From positions 34,439,858 to 34,473,505 of the forward strand of contig JBOZIK010000001.1 of the NCBI GenBank assembly GCA_051453625.1: DNA of 33,648 nucleotides, given 5' to 3'. Source of the stretch: Welwitschia mirabilis (lineage: Eukaryota). Shown here in pieces: positions 1 through 13,919 of the stretch (the stretch's first letter is position 1; every line of letters begins with the position of its first letter). The notes under the pieces were generated by a model. That model had not been told where the DNA came from, ran no database searches, and saw only the letters and a list, made by a program, of their open reading frames with translations. The position numbers and the translations under genes were made by a program.

Positions 1-7
1 CCTCTAT

Positions 8-1535
8 TGGAGTGTGTATTTATGTAAACGATTACACTCAAGAAGATCTTGTCATTTACAAATAGATATAGATATTTTTCATAACATAATACACTAATAT
101 AGATGGAAGTGGACCCAAATGTTATAACGCATTGAAGGCCTAGGCTAGAAGAAAGAGAATTGATTTTGAGAAGAAATATTTATGTATATTAGTAATAAAA
201 ATAGAATGCAATGTAGAAAATCATAATGCAAACACACTTGTAAAAAGTTAATCTAGAAAAGAAAATTTATCATGCACCTAAACTAATAATGCTCAACCTT
301 GATAAAGGTTTCCATCATAACCTATATTAATTAAGAAGCTATCACAAAATTAGAAGTATAATAATAATCATAGGAAAATAGAAAAGAGTTTTTATATTAA
401 TCTTGAACTAACATCCATGTTACAAAGCAACCAACCTAAATGGAGGAATCACAGTTCAACACCAAGAAAGACATCTCTGTAAAACTACCAAGGAGGGATC
501 TTTGGCCCTTCGATCTCCTATCACAAGAATTTTTGGTGTAATCAAGGATAAGCAGGAGTCAAAGATGGAATTAATACTTATCAACAAATAAAATAAAAAA
601 TAAAAACTAGATAAATAGGCATAGATATAACCCTAACAACCATGTAAGAGAAACAAAGATAAATGGAAAAATTTAGGTGAAGTTCAATGAAGTGCTATAA
701 TAGATGTTGTCCTACTAGTGGTTTGGATGATATAACAGATAATGCCACCTCATAAGCATTCCATGTCATCTACTAAATTGATTTGAGTTAGCATCCTTAT
801 TGGCTTTAACTATTCTTTCATCCATATAATCATCTAGATGATAAGGTGAATGATAGGCTTTTATAAGTGTTTATGTAATGTATTAGCCTCAATGTTTACA
901 AGAAGTTTGCTTTAAAATAGGAGATATTATAAACTACTATAAATACTACAAAATGTTATGGAGATTACATGTTTTTATATTTTTCATCCAAGCTATTCAT
1001 TATCATAGAAATCCAGCATAAAACTATCTAATATATTGTAAAACTAATTAAAACATCTTATTAAATACATGAAAGTTAGTAGCACAACATAGCCCCCATT
1101 TATCCTTATCAATTCCTAATAAAATTAAATGGTAAACCATGATAGCAAAACAACTTATTCAATAATAAAGATGACTAAGATATTAAAAAATTAACTCAAA
1201 ATTTTTTTTAGAAATCTCAGAGACTTTTCACCTAATTGAATAACTAGCCATACCATCATCCAGGTCATTATTTGGAACATAGAAAGGACGATAGGCTCAA
1301 AAATGATTTTGTTAAAAATAGAAACCTGTAACAGAATTTTTTTTAGATAGATAATCAATAAATGTACTAATTAATTAAAAGCCTCCCACTGAAATGCACA
1401 TTGAATAACTAAAAAGATCACAATAAATAAATTTAATCCTCATCATAACATGTAAAAAGGAAAATAAGCATGAAAATTAAATAAAAAATACACCATGATA
1501 AAACTCAAAATAATGATATATATGTAGACGGCTCA
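8..1535 (-). repeat. LTR of Athila-like gypsy family (3' or solo LTR, minus orientation)
   Basis: Starts TG at 8 (TGGAGTGTGTATTTATG). Positions 8-125 are the reverse complement of 8925-9040. Shares further blocks with the other LTR copies (ATGGAGGA..CACCAAG ~440-460; GTAGCACAACATAGCCCC ~1079-1097). The right end at ..GGCTCA 1535 is approximate and no TSD was found. Confidence 0.7.
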
Positions 1536-4168
1536 GGTGTAAGGGGAGAAGATGGAAGATGATCAATATCAATAAAGAAATGGAGGTTCAATATATGGAA
1601 ATAGAATAAACTGTCTCATCTTCCTGAACATGGATAGCCTCTAGAATGTCAACTATAAAACTACTATATGGATTTAACACATTGGTGCATGTCAACTATC
1701 TGATCCTTAAAGTGCTAGAATCTCCTCTTAACTATTAGGATCCTCTACTCTAATGCTCAAGTCCTTTGATCTAGGACCTAAATCCTATGATTTAGTATCT
1801 GGATATTATGATTAATAAAAACCTTCATGATCTAAATGGTCTCTCCCAAGAGGGTCTGGATTTTCTCAAGTGTGACTCTAACTATAGGTCCTTGTATCTG
1901 AGATATCTCTGCCTCTCCTGATATCTCGATGTTCATATCCTAAAGACAGTAAGTAGAAGTTTGAACATGTAAAAGGAACTCCTTATCCATGGGATATAGT
2001 ATCCCAAATTGTCTAAATAAAGTTGATAAGAGCCATGAATAACCCAAAGTCTATAACTATCATGCCTTTACCATTGACTTGAGTCTCCTCCATATGAATG
2101 TCTCTAGGTTTATCTACTCTTCATGCCTAAAAGCTACTAGTATGTGCAAATGTGCAACCATCACATAACTATCATGAAATAATAGAATAATGTTATGAAT
2201 CAGCCCTCTGTGAAGAACTTTGTATACAGGGATCAAATGAATAATAGGAACTCCCTACTTATCTAGTGTCAAATTGGTCGGGATGTTTAATGTATCATCA
2301 TATGTATTAATGCTTCTCTATTCCTCTATCCAGAGCATGTGCAAATTATTTTAATAGTTTTCTTTGTCAATTACATGCTTTCTAATTTAAGCTAGAGCAT
2401 GTGAAAATTATCAAGAGTGTCTCAAAGTTTTTAAATAAGGTAAACAAAACAAAAGATATAAATATGAATGTTTCTTCTCTAGATGCTTATTTCCTACTCT
2501 TCAAGCTTAGGAAATAAGCATTATTTTATTATTACTTGGTATATATCATAATTAGATAATCTACTTGATAAAATGCATATCATTATATGATTCATATTAG
2601 TGTTTTCATTAGAACTCAATAATTCAACTTTAAAGGAAATGATTTTATTGTGAATTCCTTGAGTACTTTTAAATAGATAAATTATACTATGGAAGTACTA
2701 GCAAGTGGTAGAAATAGTAACAAAGATGTGATGGTTACTACTCTTTTAGGCACTAGCTCTAGGTCATGTTATGTAGAATATATATATGTAGAACCTTAAT
2801 TAAGAGGTGCATTTCCAAGTTTTGAGAAAATGGTAAGTAATTCTTGTTGAGTTTCCACATTGTTGGGAAAAATATGTAGAAGTAAATCTCTTTTTCCTTC
2901 TTACAAATGCAATGATAATAGTTCTCTTGTTATATTAAAGATAATCAACATAGAATGGGGGATCTTTTGATCTATCCATATTCCATTTATAGATATTAAC
3001 AAGGCATTCAATATTCCAAAAGCTAGCAAATTTTATTTCTTATAGTATTATTAGAAACATGAACTTAATTGATTTTTGGTTGTAAAGTAATTCTGTCTAT
3101 CTTAGAATTGGTTGGAAGTCCAGGAAGAACTATCTTTCCTTTTAACAAATTATGAAATGGAAATATTAAACATGAAGAGCTTATTCATTAAAAAGTTCAT
3201 GCATTAAAGATTATAAAAACACTTTAGGACCTTTTTCTAGGTCTCTTGTAATGTTTTATGAGTTTGTTGTAGTTTTATGTTTCCATTGTTTTAGTTGTTT
3301 TTGGATTATAATTAGCCTGCATGGACATATGATTGGTGGTCTACATTAATGCGATGTAGCATTTGCCTGATCATAGAACAACACGATGTGTTGGGAGAAG
3401 GTCGCATTAAGTGAAAGGCTTATAGCATCAGGGATGATTCTTTTCTGACATTTCAGTTTATCATAGCAAAACCTATGTGTAATGTTTATATGATGTATTA
3501 ATGTTTTTGGGCAAAATTTAATGACACAAAATGCATAAAGGAGTTTTGGTATGTTAGTAATAAATCAATGCTGTATATCATAGTTGATGGTTCATAATTA
3601 AAAAATATTTTCTTTATGAAAAAGGAAATCAATCCTTTACTTATCAAATTATACTTTGCAACAAACTTTTAAAAACTTCTAAATAATATCATATTTAGAA
3701 ACCTACAAATAAACATTTTAAAGTCCAAAATGAATGGCAAAAACAATTTAAGAAACTATTGTAAACACTTAATGAAAAATGTTTTGAAATGATTATATTT
3801 GTATTCAAGAGGAATCATAAGAAGCAAAAAAAAACATTCTTAAAATACTTAACATATTAAATAGAAGATTTTAAAAACTCTAATAGACACCAACATCAAA
3901 GAAAGGAGGAGAATAATTTACTTTTGATTCATTACTTTTGTCTGTACAATAGTCTCTTCTTTGTCTTGCTAAGCTTAAGAAATAAGAGATTGTCTTCCAA
4001 TGTTACATGCTACTTTAAGACAAATCATTGGAACTTATTTTTATATAACCATATTCAAAAATTGCCTTAATGTTATGAGATCTAAGTAAAATCATCTACA
4101 ACTATCTATGGTTGTTAATAGATCTAGTCATCTAGAATATAGTTTTTATGCTTATTAGCTAATTCTTG

Positions 4169-4937
4169 TGATGTGTACTTATGATTTTAATTCTAATATT
4201 ATAAAGATTAAATTTGACTTACAACACCTAAAAAGCTAATAATCTAATTGCAGATAATATACGTTTACATAGTGGAGTCAAACCAAATGTTATACACTTA
4301 GAGAAGACTTCTAAAAGAGAACTTGGAAAATTGATTTTAGAAAGGGAAGGAGAACATATTTTTGAATTTTTATTTTATAAGAAATGAAATATAATGATAC
4401 AATGATGAAGATAAAATGAAATGCAATGGAATGAAATAAAATGAAATGAAATGCAAATTTAATGTAATTAATTAATCAAATTTCCAGTCTATTGTCACTT
4501 AGATTGATCCTTGTAGCCTATATCAATTACATTTGTATGTCACTTTCATTGAAATTAAGATAAGTTATAAGGAAGAAACAAATAAAATTGATTTATATTA
4601 ACAAAATTAAAGTACATTCACTTATAACAATAACTCATCAATGGAAGATTCACTACCTAACATCAAGGTAGTCCTTCTCATAAGTAGGATTTTCTCCAAC
4701 AATCTCTAATCATTATAAGAATTTGGATGATAAAAAAAGATATGGAATAAGATCCAAGAGGGTTTGTTTATAGTTTGGGATGGATAGTAAGGGTCACTAA
4801 GGGATAAGAAATGAAAACAAATGATTATAATCTACACTTTCATAACAAATAGATTAGTTTTTAAAACTATTCTATTTGTCATCCTTCTAGTCATATCCGT
4901 GAAACATTTAGCCCATAAATCATGTAATATATGTATC
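4169..4937 (-). repeat. 3' LTR
   Basis: Starts TGATGTGTAC. Direct repeat of 16900-17679: CCAAATGTTATACACTTAGAGAAGACTTCTA vs CCAAATGTCATACACTTAGAGAAGACTTCTA, and 4856-4906 vs 17630-17679. Right boundary inferred from the adjacent PPT. Confidence 0.75.
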
Positions 4938-4939
4938 TG

Positions 4940-4947
4940 TCCCCTCT
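4940..4947 (-). promoter_or_regulatory. Polypurine tract candidate
   Basis: The + strand TCCCCTCTAACTAAATGTGCAAGTCATCTCAA resembles the Athila PPT context (TCCCCCACACTTAAA..GCTTGTCCTCAAG); the minus strand reads AGAGGGGA next to the LTR. Confidence 0.45.
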
Positions 4948-5689
4948 AACTAAATGTGCAAGTCATCTCAACCAATGTAAACCATGAATAAAATGATAAG
5001 AACTTGGTGTAGATATGAAAAATAATCCTATATGACAACTCAAGATAGCCATGGACTAGATCCTACAAAAGCATGTTTTTGAAGCATGACAAGAATAGTA
5101 AATGAAACTAATAGCTCATGATTATAAGGTTAAGTGATAGAAGAGATCATAAAAAATAGAGACTATTAAGGAAAGGGTTAAGAGGAAGGGCATAAATGCT
5201 ATTATACTAAAGGATGGTTAAGGTGGAGGTTAATTGAACTTTATTCATAAGAGTTAAGTGATGAAAATATAACAAGTAGACTAAAAATGACAAGGTACTA
5301 ATTGTTATTTTTGAAAAAGTGAGAAAAATGAATTTAAGAAGACAAACCAACAAACTAAAATNNNNNNNNNNNNNNNNNNNNNNNNNNNNNNNNNNNNNNN
5401 NNNNNNNNNNNNNNNNNNNNNNNNNNNNNNNNNNNNNNNNNNNNNNNNNNNNNNNNNNNNNTAAAATAAGATAAAAATAAAAATGAATAAGACATGACAT
5501 AAAGAAGATTAACTTTTTTCCTAAATTCTAACCTAGTAAAACTTATTGGTAAAGATTATAAAGGTACTTGGTATAGAAATGCATGATTTAATGTAAAATA
5601 CCATAGAGTACCATTCAAGAGGGCAATGATGATGATAATATCTAATGGTTATCTTTGAAAAGTATTACATCATGTTTAAACTATAATTC

Positions 5690-6020
5690 AATCCCTCTTT
5701 ACTTATGACAATCATAGTACTTTGATAAGATATCATCCAATGATCAATATACTTAGATACTCACAAAGTCTGTGCCTTAGAGTGATGAGAGTTTTTAAGT
5801 TAATAGGGTGTTGAATAATACTATTCATCATGATGAAGGGGAGTGCAACCTTTACCAAGAGAATAAGAACCCATAAGCCTAGGCTAGATCATGGTCAACT
5901 AATCCTCTGGAAAAGTTCCCACATCTATCATATTGTATTGACAAAGGCCTCTCTTGGGAAAATTTTCTCTGATATGCTTATGATAGTACACCATGGTATA
6001 ATTGCATAAGGGTGGATCTT
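5690..6020 (-). pseudogene. Possible remnant of the Athila extra (env-like) ORF
   Basis: Frameshifted translation ..RENFPKRGLCQYNMIDVGTFPED*LTMI/LGLWVLILLVKVALPFIMMNSYYS, located between integrase and the 3' LTR where Athila carries an extra ORF. Similarity is weak. Confidence 0.3.
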
Positions 6021-6469
6021 TTTTATTCCTTAAAATATGTTTTCTCTCTTGCCTTAAATGTTTTTATTATTTCTCATTAACTTAGACTTCCAATTTTGAA
6101 AGTTTTGATTAATCATTGAAATGATAAAGTAATAAAGTATATGACTAAATACAAGCATCAGATTAACATAATTAATACTTTACAATAAAATAAATAGGAA
6201 TAATAATTGTAGACATGGGAATATCTTAATATTAGCTAAATCCAATCTTTACCATATAAAAACCAAAAATAAAGAATCACTTAGTCATGGTAACACCTAT
6301 GAAAGTCAAACATAAATCAAGTTAAAGATGATCAAACAATATCATAACTTAAACCAAGGAATAAGGCTAAGAAATAATTTACTAGATGGCAAAGGGGATA
6401 TTCTCTTTTTTGCAAAGAGGATATTCCAATTTAATTACTTTTATCATGTTTAAGATATAAGAACAATCA

Positions 6470-7329
6470 TCCAAAGATGTATAAAGTTTTAACCTTTGTT
6501 CATTTACTTTTTAGGTTTCTTGAGTTTAAAGAGTAGAGATCTTAATAGAGCCATGGGAATGTACTCTTTTTACATGATAAGAACTAAGCTGCTTAGAGGT
6601 CAACTTGTTATGTAAAATATGTACTCAAGTATTATACAAAATCACAAATTGACCTAGTTTAAAGGATTTATGTAGAAGCTTTTTCTCATGACAAAATTTG
6701 GCTTGGGATTTCTAGATGAATTGTTTATGGATAACAATAATTATTTTCTTATTAAGATATTGAATTTGTGTTAAATGATAGTGAATATTCTTCTCATGAT
6801 TCAATACATTATGTTGATGAATAATATGATAAGAGTTATAGAAAACATCAATAGGTAGAACACAAGTCTTGTCATACACAAGTCCATAAGGTGAACATCC
6901 AAGTGAATTACATAAGTAGTATGATAAGCCCATAGCACATTATTAAGTTTAACAAATGAAAATTTCTTATTTTTCAAACTATATTTTTATAGTATTTTCT
7001 TAATCTCTTTACTAGCATTCTCAGATTGACCATTTGAAATTCTATGTTTAATTCCTAGAAAAAGGAGAAGTTTACTAAGAATATTATCAATGAAGTGGGT
7101 ACCTTGATCACTAAATAAGATTTTAAGAAAGCCAAACCTATTAAAAATATTGGATTTTAGAAAGAAACACATAGACTGGGCATCATTAGTTTGAGTAAGG
7201 ATTTCTTTAATCCATTTCATGACATAGCCTATAACTACCAAGATGTAATTTTTGTTATACTAAGATAGTGTAAGAGGGCCTATGAAGTCTATAATCTAAT
7301 AATTAAAAGTTTCACATTCAAGGATAGGT
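6470..7329 (-). pseudogene. Gypsy integrase core and C-terminus (copy A), decayed
   Basis: IDFIGP..YILVVIGYVMKWI..TNDA..FLKSNIFNRFGF..ILFSDQGTHF..NGQSE..KEIKKIL; LGCSPYGLVYDKTCVLP; KVNEQRLKLY (consensus VNGQRLK). Contains stops and frameshifts. Confidence 0.92.
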
Positions 7330-7739
7330 NNNNNNNNNNNNNNNNNNNNNNNNNNNNNNNNNNNNNNNNNNNNNNNNNNNNNNNNNNNNNNNNNNNNNNN
7401 NNNNNNNNNNNNNNNNNNNNNNNNNNNNNTGTAAACATTGCTCTTAATCAATTTTTGTAATGAAACATTTTTCTTTGTTCACTTTTGTTTGTTTGTCAGA
7501 ATATTTTATCTATCTATATTTTCAAATCTAACATTTCTTTACTCACCTTTGCACTTCATTTCTTAAGTTATTCAAATTCAAAAATACCCATCATCTACCT
7601 TCTCACTTCCATCTGCTTTCTTTACTTTATTATCCAATATGGGACGTATTATTTTTCTCGGCCGGGTACGGGAAGGGGGGGTGGAGAGGGTGGGATGGTG
7701 GGGGGATGGGGGGGGGGGAGGGGGAGGAACCCATTTTCA

Positions 7740-9040
7740 TGGCTCATTTTTAGTTATTTCAAAGCTTTCATAAGACATAATTTAAACATTTTACTTCATA
7801 CACATTATGCATTACATGCTATTTTGCTATGAGATGTGTTTTATGAGCCTGTTTTATAATTTTCATATTGATTTTTTTAAAAATAAATTGGCTTAGATTT
7901 ATGGTTTTTTGCCTGGTTTTTATCAAAGACTGACAAAAGCTAAGTGAGGGGCTATGTTGTGCTGCCAATTTGTGGTTATTTGATGGAGTTTTATGAGCTA
8001 TTTTGCAGGACATTTACATAGGTTTAGGTGAAATTCTGAGGATATTGGAGAATCAATAGAAGATCTCGGAAATGTACAATCCTTACTAAGATTTGAGGAA
8101 TTTAAGGAACATTCTGATACTCATAGCTATAAAAGAAGAATTTTGATAGAAAAGGCTAGCTTTTACTGATTTGGATGTTAAAGAAGGCCATCGTTCCCTC
8201 TGTCATCCCCACAATAGGCAGGACGATGATAACATTTTATGCTGACGTAGACTACTGAAAAACTACTAAGTTATCATTTTGAGTTATCTTTTGTAATGAG
8301 ATGTCATCCCCATCATTGTTTCGACAACAATAATGATGACACTGATATTGTAACCAACTCCGATAGCCAACCCTTAACCATTTCATCTATTTCTTATCTG
8401 TAAAAGAGCGCGTATTACACCACTTTCTATTTGTCATTTTTGAGTTTGTAATTCTATAAATAAGACCCCTTTTGACTCTCCTCTCTATCTTCATTGCATT
8501 GGAAATTCTCGCGATAGGAGATCAAAGGGCAGAAGATCCATCTCGAGCGTTACAGAAAGATGTTCACTTGGTGGAGCATTGTGTATCCTCCATTGAGTCC
8601 CAACTATTTTATAACCTATATATTATTACTTATTAATATAAACTCTATTTTCATGTTTGCATATTAGTTTGTTAAATGTTCCTTATGGTTTATGTTACCC
8701 TTGATCTGGTGGCAATTTCATTGATGATATAAATCATTAAAAGGGTAGTCTTTGTTAAGGCTAAAAAAAAGTAGTTTAGTTTCATTTTGCATTGCACTTA
8801 CATTTAGTTTCATTTTGAATTTGCATTACATCCTTTATTTTCTACATTATTTTTTAAGCTTCTGTTACTTTACTTTGTGAAAAGTAATCCTTAGTCTCAT
8901 CTCATAATCTTCAACAAGAATAAAACAGTTGGGTTTACTCCCACTCAGACTAGTGAGTCATATTATGTAAGAAATCTATTTTATTTATGAAATGATAGAA
9001 TCTTTTTGAGTATAAAATGCTTGCATAAATACACACCACA
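7740..9040 (+). repeat. LTR of the same family in opposite orientation, abutting integrase (solo or 3' LTR of a nested insertion)
   Basis: Ends ..GCATAAATACACACCACA at 9040, the reverse complement of the window start. Aligns with 32340-33648 (GGACATTTACATAGGTTT, GTATCCTCCATTGAG). No PBS follows and integrase sequence resumes at 9041. Left boundary obscured by a gap and low-complexity sequence. Confidence 0.8.
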
Positions 9041-9880
9041 ACAAAGTTCAGAAGGTAAAAATCTAAGTGAAATATGCCAAGCAATATGTTAAGTTTATAG
9101 CACATCATTAAGTTTGAGAGACCAAGATTTCTCAATTTTGGAAATGAGTTTTTGGAGTATTTTCTTAATCTCTCTATTATCATTCTTAGATTAACCATTT
9201 ATTTCAGGGTAATAGGCATTTGCAATTCTATGTTCACATTGTACAAAATTATGAAGTGAGTACCTTGGTCACTAATTAAAATTCTAGAAAAGCTAAACCT
9301 ATGGAATATATTGGATTTTAAAAAGGAGCACATGGTTTTGGCATCATTGATTTGAGTAGGAAAACCCATTTTGTGACATAGTCTACAGCTACCAAGATGT
9401 AATTCTTGTTGCAAGAAGATGAATTAAGAGGGTCTATAAAGTTTATTCCCCAACAATCAAAAGGTTCACATTGAAGGATAGGTTGTAAGAACATATCATG
9501 AGATTTTGTTAGGCTTCCAAAACGTTGACATGCATCACATCTTCATGCATGATCAAAAGAGTCTTTGAAAAGGGTAGGCCAATAGAAGCCAGCATGAAAG
9601 GTTTTGATGATCATTTTTTAGCCATTAGAGTAACCTCTACAAACATTATCATGGTAAAGGGAAAGAATGTTAAGCTGTTTCCACTCTAGCACACACTTAT
9701 GCATGATTTTATCTTTATATCTTCAATATATGTATGACTCATTCCATTCATAATCTCCTATTCTATAGAGAAACTATTCTTTAGTTATAAGTCCAATGTT
9801 GGGGGGTTTTAAAAGTGATAAGATAGTTTAAAATATTAGCATACCAAGGAGTACCATGTTGATAGGATATAGCATATAAT
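9041..9880 (-). pseudogene. Gypsy integrase zinc-binding region and core (copy B), truncated by the LTR
   Basis: PWYANI; HAGFYWPTLFKD; CDACQRFGSLT; CEPFDCWGINFIDP; FLKSNIFHRFSFSRILISDQGTHF; NREIKKILQKL..WSLKLNDVL. Confidence 0.92.
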
Positions 9881-9969
9881 TCATGGATGTAAAAAAATTG
9901 TTCATTAGGAAAGAAAACCTCAATAATAAGACTGGAAGAGGAATGTAAAGGATTCCTTTCTTGAGGGAT

Positions 9970-10340
9970 TTTTGAAAGATGATCAACAACATAATTTTAT
10001 TTACCTTCTTTATCTATGATGATTAAGTTGAATTCTTCCATTAGAAGTATCCATGAAATAATTCTAGCATTTAAATCTATTTTTTTCATAAGATAGTAAA
10101 TGGCTACATGATGGGAATAGACATTGGTATGAAAACCAAGAAGGTACTATCTTAGTTTGTTAAGGAAAAATATGATAGAAAGGATTTCCTTTTTAATGAT
10201 GATATAGTTCAATTAAGCTCCTCAAGGGTTTTACTAATGTAATCAATAAACTTGTATTCCTTTTTATGTTTTTATCCTAAAACTCCACCTATTATAATAT
10301 TGCTATCATCACACATTAGTTCAAAATTTATGATCTAATT
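9970..10340 (-). pseudogene. Gypsy RNase H, decayed
   Basis: FELMCDDSN..GGVLG; KEILSIIF; ARIISWILLMEEFNLIIIDKEGK*NYVVDHLSK. Confidence 0.88.
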
Positions 10341-11440
10341 GAGTTCTTCTATAATGTGTTCGGAAGTGAGTTTGTCCTTTATATTTTCAAAGGCATTTTG
10401 AAAATCTTCACTCCAATAAAATTTGAAATCTTTTTTAAGAAGGGAATTAAGAGGTTTACAAATCTTGACATAGTCCTTAATTAATCTTCTATAGAATCTG
10501 GAATGGCTAAAAAAGGATGTTACTTATTTGACATTAGTTAGAAGAGATAGGTTCTAATGATATCTATTTTCGAAGGGTCCATTATAATACCATTACAAGA
10601 AATGTAATGACCAAGTACAATCCCACTCCTCACAAGAAAATTACTTTTCCTCCAACTAAGATGAAGGTCACTCTCTATACAATGGTCAAGGACATTTTCC
10701 AATATTTCTAAGATTTGTTTAAAAGAGTTATCAAAGATAGGAAAATCATCCATGAAGATCTTAATAGAATCCTTAATAATATCTAATAAAATACCCATCA
10801 TGTCTTTTTGGAAGGTTTATGGAGTATTACATAGGCCAAAGGACATTCTTCTAAAGACAAAAGTAGAAAAATAAAAGGTGAAAGTTGTCTTAGATTGATC
10901 TTCATTGGCAATGAAAAATTGGTTATAACCACTATATCCATCAAGGAAGTAATAATAAGCATGACCTAGGATTCTATCAAGATGTTGATCAAGAAAGGGA
11001 AGGAAAAAGGATCTTTTTTGATTACATTATTGAGTTTCGTAAAATTAATGCATACTTGCCACTTTTACCCCTTTTTGAATACTATAGTAAGAGGGCTAAT
11101 CTATTTACTATCTAAAATGGCATAAATGATACATATACCAATAATTTTAATAATTTTATCCTTGACTACCTGATTAATAATAGGACTAAGTCTTCTTTAA
11201 GGTTGCTTAATGGGTTCAGCATTGTCCTCTAGGTAAATTTTGTGTTGAATAATATGAGGAGGATTAACGCTAAGATCTTTATGAATCTAAGTAAAAGCTT
11301 CTATTTTTGAAGTGAGAAGTTGAATTAAGGCTTTTTCTTGAGAAGGATGAAAATGAGAACTAATATTCAATGGCTTATTAGGATTATTATTCAAGAAGAT
11401 GTATTTCAAATCATTGGGTAGGTCTTTAAGTTAAAGATCA
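10341..11440 (-). pseudogene. Gypsy reverse transcriptase, decayed
   Basis: LKDLPNDLKYIFL; YYYFLDGYSGYNQ; KTTFT..FRRMSFGLCNTP*TFQ; KIFMDDF catalytic motif; LSWRKSNFLVRSGIVLGH (ORF 10538-10801). Confidence 0.95.
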
Positions 11441-11799
11441 CTTTCATCCTTTATAGTTGTGGAAAAACCATCTTGATGTAAAAGATTTTTAATGGATCTT
11501 ACATATTGAATATCATGATTGAGTATGGGTTGAAAGTACTTATGAGAATCATCATTAAAAGAATGGTTTAAGAGATCTTAATTGTGATTATAAGGATTGG
11601 AGTAGTTTAAATATTTAAGAATAATAGAAGATTCATCCTCATCATCAAATAATGTAGAGTTATGTAATGAAAAAATCCTTTCTTATAAAGGATAATGTTG
11701 AACTAACATATAAGATCTAATCTTTTCTTCCACGTCTAATTTAGTTCATGTGTTTTTCTTAACAACACTAAATACTATAATATTAAACTTTTTATTGCC

Positions 11800-12170
11800 T
11801 ATATATGACATTCCATCATCCCTATGCAAATATCAACAACACAGTGGGTTGTTGTATAAAAGATTCTTCCTAAAAGTAGAGGGTATCCTCCATTATGGTT
11901 AACCTTAATGATGATCACATCTATAGGATATAAAGCTTTCTAAATTTAAATTAATAAGTATTTAATTATTTCTACAGGTTTTTAATTATTGCATTAGCTA
12001 ATTCCAACACTATTATAGTAAGTTTAATTCTTCCTTCTAATCCAAACATTCTACAAATGTGTAAAGGCATAATGTATCCACTTGCTCCAATGTATATTAA
12101 GGTTTTCTTGATTTTCTCATTTTCCTCTAAAACAACACAAATTATGGTTGTCATTGGATCTTTAACCATA
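11800..12170 (-). pseudogene. Gypsy aspartic protease, decayed
   Basis: KDP..TLIYIGASGYIMPLHICRMFGL..LELANAIIK (consensus ALCDLGASINLMP..LQLADRS); PLLLGRIF. Confidence 0.8.
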
Positions 12171-13805
12171 AGACATTTTTAAGAAAATAAGTTGAAAAGG
12201 GATTGTGTAATAAACACTTTACTTGGGATTATTCTCTTTTGTTTCCTTCTCACTAAGTCCTTCCAAATTTTTTTGTACTTGGGGTTTTCTTAAAGGATTT
12301 TTCAAAAGGATAGGTTAATAGTGACATCATTTATAATTACCTTCAAGTACCTATCATAAGTTGGATTGGTGTTTAATATATCCATTTATGGTGTAGTCTT
12401 CTTCTTTAGATATTATTGGTAGAGTTAAGAGTAGAATGAAAGTTTATTTGATTAAGAATTCCAACATCATCATCTTGAGGTACTTCCTTGTCTTTGTGGA
12501 AAGAAGCTAAGGATTATTCATGGGGAATAGGATCATATCCACTTCTTCTAACTAGTTTTCAATCTTTCTTTACATTATTTAAATTTGGATTAGTTTGGGT
12601 GGCAAGTGATCCTTGTGATCTTTGATTTCCTAGCATGTTTTATCAAAGGAGATTAATCAAATTTTCTAAGTTCTTGTTCTAATTTTATAGAATTTCATTT
12701 ATGGTATCTTGTGTTTTTTTAAATTCTTCCATTATTTTCCTACAAGAATCATTACTATTATAGTTAGAAAAATTGGATTACGCATTATGGCCTCTGAATT
12801 TATTATCAAATAAGGGTTTGAAAGATGTTGAAGCTTCATTATTTCATGGTGGATATTATTGGTTGATTCTAAAGTTGTTTGGCCTTTGATTGAATGCATA
12901 AAATGCATTAAACATGACCTCTCTACAAGTTGGTAAAGCTAGGCATTCTTTGGTAGAGTGAGAGTTTTCATCGTATATTTTATAATGNNNNNNNNNNNNN
13001 NNNNNNNNNNNNNNNNNNNNNNNNNNNNNNNNNNNNNNNNNNNNNNNNNNNNNNNNNNNNNNNNNNNNNNNNNNNNNNNNNNNNNNNCCTTCATTGAACA
13101 TGACCTCTTTACAAGTTGGTAAAGCTAGGTATTATTTGGTAGAGTGAATATTTTCATCACATATTTCATAGTGGTTGTGTTTATTTAGCAATTTTACATT
13201 AGTTAATGTTGTTGTGTGACTCTCTTAGGTACTATTAAGATCACTAAGTAGGGTGTTAACCTTTGGTTGTTTTTCTTCATGTTACACTTTTTTCGAATCT
13301 CTAAGCATTTCACCTATAGGTCTAGTATCTTTACATGTACNNNNNNNNNNNNNNNNNNNNNNNNNNNNNNNNNNNNNNNNNNNNNNNNNNNNNNNNNNNN
13401 NNNNNNNNNNNNNNNNNNNNNNNNNNNNNNNNNNNNNNNNNNNNNNNNNNNNNNNNNNNNNNNNNNNNNNNNNNNNNNNNNNNNNNNNNNNNNNNNNNNN
13501 NNNNNNNNNNNNNNNNNNNNNNNNNNNNNNNNNNNNNNNCTTTTATGTCTTGAGGAATAATTTTCATAAGGTTATTCTTAGAAATTAATTACTTCCTTTA
13601 TTCTAATCCTCATGAATATCTCATTTATGAATCATTTGATAAATACCTCTTATACTTAATTCAACTCTGAAGGATTTGGTATTTGATGATTTGAAGCCAA
13701 TTTTTCACTTTTTCTCTCCAGGTAAAGGAAAAGATGATCATGTAAGTTATATCTAAAATTTTGTTTTTCCTATTTTCTAAAGTAAGGATGAGTTGTTCAA
13801 TCTTA
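12171..13805 (-). pseudogene. Gag region, copy 1 (gapped)
   Basis: MIIFSFTWREKVKNWL (retrotransposon gag motif) and a knuckle-like ICDENIHSTK*Y segment; homologous to 13920-15430. Confidence 0.8.
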
Positions 13806-13919
13806 NNNNNNNNNNNNNNNNNNNNNNNNNNNNNNNNNNNNNNNNNNNNNNNNNNNNNNNNNNNNNNNNNNNNNNNNNNNNNNNNNNNNNNNNNNNNNNN
13901 NNNNNATAACACCAATAGT

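Noticed and set aside
1540-2330. Higher-GC coding-like stretch on the minus strand (e.g. ETQVNGKGMIVIDFGLFMALINF)
   Set aside because: May be a retroelement accessory ORF, but it has many stops and no motif I can name.
2331-2411. Short direct repeat AGAGCATGTG(C/A)AAATTAT, two copies
   Set aside because: Only two copies and no array; not CRISPR-like and of no evident significance.
3050-3620. LTR-like composition with a CATTAATGCG/CGCATTAA palindromic motif
   Set aside because: No second copy or termini in the window to support a call.
7485-7832. 115-aa ORF with a Gly-rich stretch
   Set aside because: Produced by the low-complexity G-run and T-rich sequence; non-ATG start and no recognisable domain.
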